A stretch of 64,000 bases of DNA. Source: Macrostomum lignano (taxonomy: Eukaryota). The DNA lies in NCBI GenBank assembly GCA_002269645.1, contig NIVC01001661.1, positions 62,001 through 126,000 on the forward strand, read 5' to 3'. The notes below the pieces were generated by a model that ran no database searches, was not told where the DNA came from, and saw only the letters and a program-made list of their open reading frames with translations. Made by a program: the position numbers and the translations under genes. Below, piece after piece: positions 55,250 to 64,000 of the stretch (the stretch's first letter is position 1; each line of letters begins with the position of its first letter).

Positions 55250-56472
55250 TATCCGACGGTCGGGCAATATATTTAAGTATTTAAACGATGCGATATAAGC
55301 GGAAATATTTGGCCAAGAGCCGATGATGCTACTGAGAGTAGCTAAAAACAGGTTCGCAGGATGCGTAAAACAGTAAAACAATGAAATAAATGCAATTAAA
55401 ACAGTGGGAAAAAGTGAAGGCGCAGGAGACGGGATGGTGGCAGGGATGAGCGCGAGAGGCGGAATCGCAGCGAGAATAGCTAACAGAGTGCATGAACTTC
55501 GAGACAGTAAAAAGTAAAATATTAAAGAAAAACAAAGTAAAACAAAAATGCAGAGTGAAAGATGAATAAAACAGGTAAAAGTAAAGGTAACAGGGTGGGC
55601 TGAGATGAGCAGAGTTTGGCAGAGTTCGGCACTAAATCAGTGGATTTGAGGTGCGCCGGTGCAGTGCTCCACCCACGTGTTGCGGCTCCAGTGGATGCAG
55701 TGCAGCGCCAGTCGTCGTTGGAGGTGCCGGATGTCGCGCTCGCGCAGGCCTGCAGCGCGCAGGATGGCGTTGTTGAAGGGCGACCAGGCACCCAGCGAGC
55801 CGATGCAGAAAGTCGCCAGGGCCGTTGGTGCCTCTGCGCTGAGCTGCTGCGTGATGCCGGCGTACTTCTGGCATACGGCTCGGTGCTTGCGTGGGAACGT
55901 GGCCGGCCCGACCTCGAACGGCGACTTGACTTCGATCAGGAGACGGCGGCCTCTGTCTGGATCCATGATGCTGATGTCAGGTCGCAGATCAGAGCCGGGA
56001 AGGACCTCCTGGTCGGTGGTGATGGTCGCGTTTGGGCGGGCCTCGCTGATGGCGGTGGCGACGGCGTTGACGATGCCGTCGTGGCGGTCCCTCCACCTGG
56101 CCGCGTGCACCGGGCAGCTGTTGATCACGTGGCCGAGCGTCTCGACGCCGGCTCCGCAGCGGCGGCATCGCGGGTCGGATGTCGGGTCGGCCAGTCTCCG
56201 GAGTGCGTTGGTGGGCACCAGGTTGAGCCGCGCTCGGTGGATGAAGCGCCAGTCGCAGGCGCGCATGCCGGTGCTGCTGAACAGCCAGGTGTGGCTGCCG
56301 ATGTGCGTGGCAGTCGTGGCGAATCGGCCCTGGGAGTGGCACCCGCGCCAGGCCGCCGTGTGCGCTGCCCTGACCACCTGGTGAAGCCTCCGGGTGATTG
56401 CTGCCGCTCTGTCACAGCGCTGGATAGTTCTGGACAGCGGGTCGCGCCACTCCAGGCTGGCCGTCCAGTCGT
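55224..56472 (-). mobile_element. Utopia-like subfamily A, 5'-truncated, directly joined to the U2 5' half
   Basis: 3' UTR plus knuckle/RLE ORF (55637-56377); three extra bases (ttg) separate it from U2 nt 39. Confidence 0.93.
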
Positions 56473-56475
56473 CAA

Positions 56476-56514
56476 ACTACACTTTGATCTTAGCCAATAA
56501 GGCCGAGAAGCGAT
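56476..56514 (-). ncRNA. U2: U2 snRNA 5' end (39 nt), with unique AT-rich upstream DNA
   Basis: ATCGCTTCTCGGCCTTATTGGCTAAGATCAAAGTGTAGT: the conserved metazoan U2 5' end including stem I and most of the GUAGUA branch-point recognition sequence. Confidence 0.96.
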
Positions 56515-57459
56515 AAAAAAATTATATAAATTAAATATTTTTAATAAGAAAACTGAATCATATACAAAGCAAAAGCCCTTGTTTTCGTAGCATCTACTGT
56601 CTAGACATACAAATTTCGCTCAATCTGGAAAATTCGTTCAGAAACACGGTAAATTGCCTGTCTAAAAGGCGTCTTATAATAAAAGAACCTAAAACCTAAA
56701 TATTTTTCTGTAAAATAATCTATATATTTTGTACTAAAGTTACAAAATACAGTTTTACGATTTAATAGACGGAATGTGCAAATAGCTCTACTGAAAGTAG
56801 GAGCACGCAACTTTCTTTTTACCTTGATTTGCGTCTCAATGACTCACAACTCGATGCCAGTATTAAAACGTAACGACCTATATATTTTTTCTTTGTTAAT
56901 TTAAAAAGAATCTCTCTATAGCAGAACTAATCTGGCTAGTTAAGTGCTGTCGCGGCAGCCGTATGCAAGACCACGTTGCAGTTCGTTGCCACATCATGAT
57001 GTACGCATAGCCTGAAGTCAAAGTTTGCGGGGCCAATATAACAAGGACCACTCGAAACACTTCGTTATATAGGACGTAACTGCCGTAACACTCTCGATTC
57101 GTGTAAAAATAGTTGAAGGCCGATTTTCGAAGGTCTCGGTACAACTATATTTGCTTGCAAAATTCTGCTGCCACTCGCAAGCCACTTCGATCAATTTACA
57201 GGTTATAAATTGTCAACAATCTCAACAATCTGGCGAAAAAATTAACCTTCTACATGCAACCGATTCGGAGATACAGCAGACATTTTAATAATCGGCCTTC
57301 AACTATTTTTGCACGATTTGCAAGTGTTGCGTTCTTCAAGTCTAGTAGTCCTTGGTATATAAATGTCTTTCAGCGTGCCGCCACTCCGATCAAATGCTCC
57401 TCAGAATCCCGTGGGAAAAAAGCATTGCGGGAAACTCGGCAGGCAATTCATTCTCGTGC

Positions 57460-57644
57460 CAATGGCGGATTTAGAGGGGGGCGCACAGGGCACGCCCCCC
57501 CCCGTTGAGTTCGATTTTTTTATAGGCCTATGGAAAATACACATTATCATGTAACATATACTTGTACATGATATGCATATTATATATGAGCCTTAATTTA
57601 GTAGTCTGCGCCCCCCCGTTCAAAATTTTCTGGATCCGCTTCTG
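57460..57644. mobile_element. 185-bp hAT-like MITE
   Basis: Imperfect TIRs caatggcggat / atccgcttctg; 8-bp TSD tctcgtgc versus tctagtgc (one mismatch). Confidence 0.75.
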
Positions 57645-58674
57645 TCTAGTGCTCCCGTATGTCAAGGTGACTCAGGGTATACTTTAATTTTTGCCAATTT
57701 TTGCATTGGAACCAGATCGAGGACGACACTAGCGCGGATCCAAGGGGAGTCAATTTGCTCAAGGGATCGGCTGACCTTATACTCTCCACCAGAGAAAAAA
57801 GGACAAAAGACAAATTTTTGGTCAGTTTCACTAGTTCGAAAACTACAAATCGTCGAAAAGTATTCTTCATACTTTTCACGACGATAGCAAAATTTGACTT
57901 CATATGCGCATAAGCTCTAAATTTCACATGATCCATCAAATTCGTTTAAGTTGTTACATAAGCGTCGGAACGTTTTAAAAAGTGAGGGGATGGGGTAGAC
58001 AACAATTCTGTTGACGACCGGGGGGTAGCGCAATAGGCATAGATAAAGTCAGAGATGTAAAGTGTAATTAAAAAATATCATATATCTAATCGATCAGGCA
58101 TATGAAAATGCGTCAAGGGTCGCTTTAAAAGTGGGGGTGCATATATGGCAAACTTGCTGCGCGCATGACCAAAATTTAAAAAGTTAGGGGGGTGGGGGGC
58201 ACGACCCACCACCATCTTCCATTCCGAACGTCTGAGTTGTTATACATGTATGTAGCTGGTGCAGAAGCAAGAGTTTTTGACATGATATGAAAATTCGAGC
58301 TTCCGAAAGATTCCGTCTTTCAGCGATACGGAATTTAGGTTTTGAACCCCCCCCCCCGATATAGTAGGATCATGATCTACGGTAACGATTTTGAAGAGGC
58401 TAAGATAGTTTGCCTCACGTCAAAAATTATCTTGATCTACCGATCACGATTAATCACGATTAACCTCCTCGTGACAGCCTAGTTAGCATAGCTTTCTAGA
58501 TGGCTATCTAGAGAAGTTTTTTGTACTAAGTGAGACGTCGCTACAGTAAAATAAAAAATAAAAGAAATTTGCCATCTAATAGAGTAGCTTGTAATACAAA
58601 TAATATTATTTTACCCATGGCGTACAGTTGATAGTTTATTGTTATACTAATATTTTAAATATTGTTTAAAATAC

Positions 58675-59370
58675 CAAGGACGACTTAAGTAGAAGGACGG
58701 GAAACCTCGTTTCTTAGAAAATTTTTGAAGGCACTTTTTCCCGAAAAAATACACTGCGGAGATAGGAAATTTTCATTTTTTCAGCACAAAAATTGCTATA
58801 ACTTTTGATAGGAGGCAGATCCAGTGTTGATCTTTTGATATGTTGTGCCTTTTTATTGCTCTATCGATATTATAAAGCTTTCCGTTCAGAAAATTAGGAT
58901 TCTATGTTAATTTTTTATTCTACGTATATTTCCTGTATCTAAAAATCACAAAAATGCATGACACAGCTCTAATATTTGGTTTTATGAATCTATTTTATCA
59001 TCTATGTTACGACTATTTGCTATACAGTCAGGTAAGAAGGATAAAATAGACTCATAAAATCAAAGAGCCAAGCCGTGGCATTCTAATGTATTTCAAGCAC
59101 AAGACACATGAAAATATACGTAGAATAAAAAATTAACATAGAATCCTAATTTTCTGAACGGAAAGCTTTATAAATATCGATAGAGCAATAAAAAAGGCAC
59201 AACATATCAAAAGATCAACACTGGATCTGCCTCCTATCAAAAGTTATAGCAATTTTTGTGCTGAAAAAATGAAAATTTCCTATCTCCTCAGTGTATTTTT
59301 TCGGGAAAAAGTGGCTTCAAAAAATTTCTAAGAAACGAGGTTTCCCGTCCTTCTACTTAAGTCGTCCTTG
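58675..59370. mobile_element. Foldback / MITE-like element with ~265-bp inverted arms
   Basis: 58675-58940 is a near-perfect reverse complement of 59101-59370; weaker inverted similarity continues inside. Confidence 0.85.
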
Positions 59371-60382
59371 ATTTTAAAATGCTCATTTTTTAGAATAGAC
59401 TTTAAATGCTGCACAACACAGCACCAGCTCTCGTTATTGAATGATTATTTAAGTTATTAAAAGGCTGAAGCCATCTAATTCGTTCGATATCTTGACCTTG
59501 TTGCGTCTTATTTTTCTTAGACAAAGACAGTGCACGTCAAGCTTGTTAAACTAACTAATTTCAGAATTCAGATTCGCAATGTTTTTGCTTTGTAAACGAT
59601 TTAATAATTTTTTTTTCAAATTCCATTTATATAATATACCAGCGCCATTACTACACCAATTTGCATTGTAAAATATACCTAAATTATAATGATTTACGTT
59701 TACCTACTTTTATACGCCAATATATTATACGCCAATATGTTTTGCCTATTGTTATTGTAAATATGCAGTCTAATAGCCATGACATAGTACACTGTTCTTT
59801 ATTGTATTAACCAGGATTTTTTTTCTCCAAAGACAAAGAAGTTGGGTACAGGTACAGTACAGGGTGCAATTTTAAGGCTCAGGGTGCAATTTCTCTTACT
59901 TTAGAAACTGGGAACATCTAGACATGTCATGTCTATACATCATTTCTTGTAGCCTATCCAAATAAATGCCTTAACCTCTTTTATCATTTTATATATTAAA
60001 ACTTCCTGCTATGATAAATATTAAAAAGGAAAAATAGGTAATGAGACTACACCTAAAATGCACCTAGGTCTACTTTTAGTTTTAGGATGCAATTTCAAAA
60101 TTCAAGCGAAATCTGCATACTTTTCATATGAGTTTAGGTGACATACATATGCATACACTGGGGTACTTGCCATTTTTTGGTGTACATTAGCATATAAGTG
60201 ATATAACCTAGTTACCTAGTATACGATACATGACACAGTGGAAACATTAAGTCTATGGTCTATATCAATGACATATTTTTTAGATTTAATAGACAAACAA
60301 AGTCTTATAATGTTGTTGTCTTATAATACTAAGTCTCTAGAATTAGACCTGGTATATACTAATATATGATCCAAATAGCTTG

Positions 60383-61715
60383 CAGTTAATTAGGCAACAA
60401 CCAATTTGGCAACAAGTCAATTTGGCAACAGCCAATTCGGTGAATGCTAAAGTATATAGAAAGCTTAAGTATACTGAAGTAATCAATATAATGTTATATA
60501 TAGAAAGCTATATATGACACTAGTTAAAGTTTAAAATATTGCTATTATAGTCCTTGCCATTTAAGTAAGGTAATTTTGTTTTAATCATGCTAAATAACAC
60601 ATTTTCAAAGAGATACATATACACACCCTTGGACTCAGAAGAGTCTTGGACTCAGAGTAAGTGCATTTTTCATACTTCTCTTTGCTGCCTGTATTTGTTG
60701 ATTGCATTGTTTGCACTTCCAGTAAAATGAAGCAACAGACTCTAAGATGAGTATATTGTTTTTTGGAGATGCTTGCACATAGAATTAAATTGTCGTATAG
60801 TACTTGTATCATTGTACATCATGTACCATGTGTTGCCACTAAGCATTGGGACAAAGAATGCTGATAGAAAAAAAAACACAGGGCATTTTCATCAGATATT
60901 ATTAATATATTGTAACACCAATGATAAATGCCAACAATAACAGTTGGAAACCAATCCCACCTAGAAATACCAAAGTGATAAATAGTAAAGAGACTGAAAA
61001 ATAATCAGAATGACAACTTTTCAATGTTCAATGTTCAATAGCATAGTAGTCATAGTACAAGTGTAGTGAGTTGTCATTTTTTTCTTTTTTTGGAACATTG
61101 AGAAGATGAACAAGCAAAGCATACTCTGTCTGTTGTTTCAATCTGGCAGCTTTCTTGGCTGTGTGTTGGATGACATTGTCTATGGCATACTCTTCAATTA
61201 CCAGCCAATCCGAAGCAAATTGTCTTGCGCCTTGTGCAACCTTTCAATCACTAGCTGAACTTCTATTTTAGCCTCAAGGCACTGGGCAGCTGTCAATGTC
61301 AATATTGATGTCACGATTATTAGGCAAGAGGAGCCCACCACTTTTGGTTTGCAGATTCAGTAGCCTGACCTCATTGTGTATCTTCTTGCATACAATGCAA
61401 TGGTCCCTTTGTCTCAATTACATGTAAAATTGAGCATTGAATTAAATTAACTGAATGCAATTTCAATTTCAACCTTTTTCTACCATTCTATGGCACATTT
61501 TTTACATTAGCAGGTGTGATTTACTCTGGGAAAAACATATATGGTGGTATGTGAGACTTACCATTTTGTCTTATTCTGGAATCAGAGTAAATATGCAAAC
61601 TCAACGTAATGGATGACAAATTACTGCCCTGTTTCAACCCCCCCCCTCATATGTTGCCGAACTGACTGTTGCCAAATTGACTTGTCGCCAAATTGGTTGT
61701 TGCCAAGTCAACCTG
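60383..61715. mobile_element. Non-autonomous DNA transposon-like element with ~55-60-bp TIRs built from 16-bp subrepeats
   Basis: ggcaacaaccaatttggcaacaagtcaatttggcaacag at 60393 is mirrored at 61652-61705; no TSD found. Confidence 0.65.
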
Positions 61716-62024
61716 TCATCAAATAACTAGTTCCCATCCAAACTATGCATCCAAGCATATAAAAAACCCAGGTATCAACCTAATATCATAATCATATATA
61801 ATATTAGAGACTAGGCCTAAAGTAAAAGGCAAGTTTATATATATAACTTTTTCAAATGCATCAGCCAAATAATTATACTTAAAGGCCTAGGCAAAATCTA
61901 TCAATTTGATTAAATAAATTAACTTAATCTTAGGTTCACTTTAAAAGTCTTAAGCCTAATAATAATTGGTTTTAATATAATATAAAGCTTCATCAACTCA
62001 GAATTCTCTCCATGAAATAGATAT

Positions 62025-62420
62025 TCATCAATATTTTTTTGTGAAACCTAAATCCATCAAAATCCTCTCCGTAAAACTGATACTCACCAAAATTCACTCC
62101 GTGAAACTGATATTCATTAAAATCCTTTCTGTGAAACTTAAATCCATCAAAATCCTCTCCGTGAAACTGATATTCATCAAAATTCATTCTGTGAAACAGA
62201 TATTCATCAAAATCCTCTCTGTGAAACTTAAATCCATCAAAATCCTTTCTGTAAAGTTTAAATCCATCAAAATCCTCTTCGTGAAATATAAATCCATCAA
62301 AATCCTCTCTATGAAACTTAAATCTATCAAAATTCTCTCTGTGAAACTTAAATCCATCAAATCCTCTCTATGAAACTTAAATATATCAAAATCCTTTCCA
62401 TGAAATGCAATATTTATCAA
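62025..62420. repeat. 30-bp minisatellite
   Basis: Unit gtgaaacttaaatccatcaaaatcctctcc. Confidence 0.92.
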
Positions 62421-64000
62421 AATTCACTCCATTAAACAAAAATCTATCAATATTATCTCCTTCAAGCAGAAATCCATCAATTTAATCAACAATTGGAGTG
62501 TATTAAAAAGGTTTTTAATTGTCTGTCTTAAATATATATATACAAAAAAGGATTCAGTGGTTAGGGTTAGAGCTACACTGTGCTGCCCATTAAAAGGTGC
62601 CGATAATAAAAAAATTGAACCAATTGAATCAATTGATTGCAAAAATGATTTTTTAGTCAGTATGAGTCTCAGTTAAAGTTAACAAATTGATTGCAAAATC
62701 TAAATCAACCCTCTAATACACAGTGGCAGTTGAAGCCTCCAAATTTATCTATTGCATCTTGCAAAAATAAGTACAATCTTTGCAGAAAGTTATAAGTATA
62801 GAAATCGTTTTTGAATGCTGTGCTTTTAGTTTTCATACTTAAAGCAAACAACTTATATCCCCAAACTCAGCATTGAAAGATCTTTCCAGCAATATAAGTC
62901 TTTTCTCTCAAAGTTCAAAACTCGAGGAACAGTTTGTGTTTGAAATTTCCCAGTTTAAAGCATTGTATTTTTTAGTGTACATTCACTGCCTGCTACAGTG
63001 AGAGGCTCGCAAGTTTACGCATTGAATTTCACTGCCTGCCAGTTAGCAAGGGTCCAAGTGTACACATGCAGCCACTTAGAATGCCCTATCCACCCCACTG
63101 GAGAGAAAATACACTGCCAAGATAGGAAAAAGTTGTGGCGCAATCACTCAAAATTGATGCAAATTTTCAGTTTGATGCTCTGAATTTTTAGTTCAAAGCA
63201 GAAAAAGTGGCCAAAGAAGGTTAAGAAAACAGTTTTCTGTTTTTTTAACAGACTTAATTTTGAAAATTTCAACATTTAAATAGCCTATTGTTGCATAAGA
63301 AAATTCTGCATTGATATATATAAGTCCTGCATTTGAGTTGGCAGCTGTCTAGGAGGATATACATGTTAAACCCAGTCAGTCGATTGATCCACTCAGCTTT
63401 AGATATAAGATTGTAAGAAATATATTATTGCTTAAGTTTTATATTTCTCCAAGTCATTAGAATGAGAATGAGAGATATAATGCAAAGTAATACTATTTGG
63501 GACAGTTTTAACCCAAATTAGCAAAGGAACTTTTGACAAAAAATATTTTGCAGTGACCATTTTGACTAAAGCTTGCCATTTTGGCAAATGATTTGTTAAG
63601 AGTAGTCCAAGCTTTGGCAAAGAATTTTTGTTATTGTAGGAAAAGTTAAGATCATTAGAGATTATAAATATACACTGCCTATATATAGACTACTATATAT
63701 ATATATATTTAAATATATATATGCATAACCTTTGAAATTATATTAGCCATACAACTTAGCTTTGCATTTTACTTTAATAAAAAGTAAGAAAAATCTAAAT
63801 GATAATTTAAAAAAAATATTAAGATTTCATCAATTTTTCAATTTACCCTTGACCTTAGCAATTATTTTTATTGCATTAAAATTTTTTGTTTTTATAGATC
63901 TTATTATCAATTGTCTTAAAATTTAAATATTTTATTCATTTAAAATGGTGATAAACTAAGTTTCACCAAATCAATTTGCCCATTGCAGCAATGAGCATAT

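Noticed and set aside
39871-56472. Assignment to R2, NeSL or Keno
   Set aside because: The flanks are U2, not 28S rDNA or SL RNA. Keno also targets U2 but uses an APE endonuclease, whereas these carry a C-terminal RLE.
43079-56500. Long plus-strand ORFs (338, 371, 358, 294 aa)
   Set aside because: They are antisense shadows of the GC-rich retrotransposon ORF, with no recognisable motifs.
57728-57750. Second MITE-like left end (agcgcggatccaagggg)
   Set aside because: No matching right TIR or TSD found.

Overview
Eukaryotic (invertebrate-like) genomic DNA in four zones. (1) 1-22.4 kb: about 11 different micro- and minisatellite arrays separated by unique DNA, with no gene I can support. (2) 22.6-28.8 kb: an intronless USB1 gene and a spliced casein kinase II alpha gene, both on the minus strand; three CK2 introns are filled by different minisatellites. 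(3) 29-36 kb and 56.6-64 kb: AT-rich, CpG-poor DNA with a mariner relic, a hAT-like MITE, a foldback element and a TIR element. (4) 36.3-56.5 kb, the main feature: a same-orientation (minus strand) array of RT + restriction-like-endonuclease non-LTR retrotransposons. The intact 3' ends join a U2 snRNA sequence just after the branch-point recognition sequence, which matches the described U2-targeting Utopia family. The array holds one near-full-length copy and truncated copies of at least three subfamilies. It has five U2 3' halves, only two U2 5' pieces and no intact U2 gene. Units carry the U2 3' half plus downstream flank and are fused directly to the next truncated element; I infer copying of U2::element read-through RNAs with template jumping. 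The U2 itself is strongly diverged but keeps its stems by compensatory changes, and it has an atypical Sm site. Gene, U2 and junction coordinates were read by eye; repeat boundaries are approximate.
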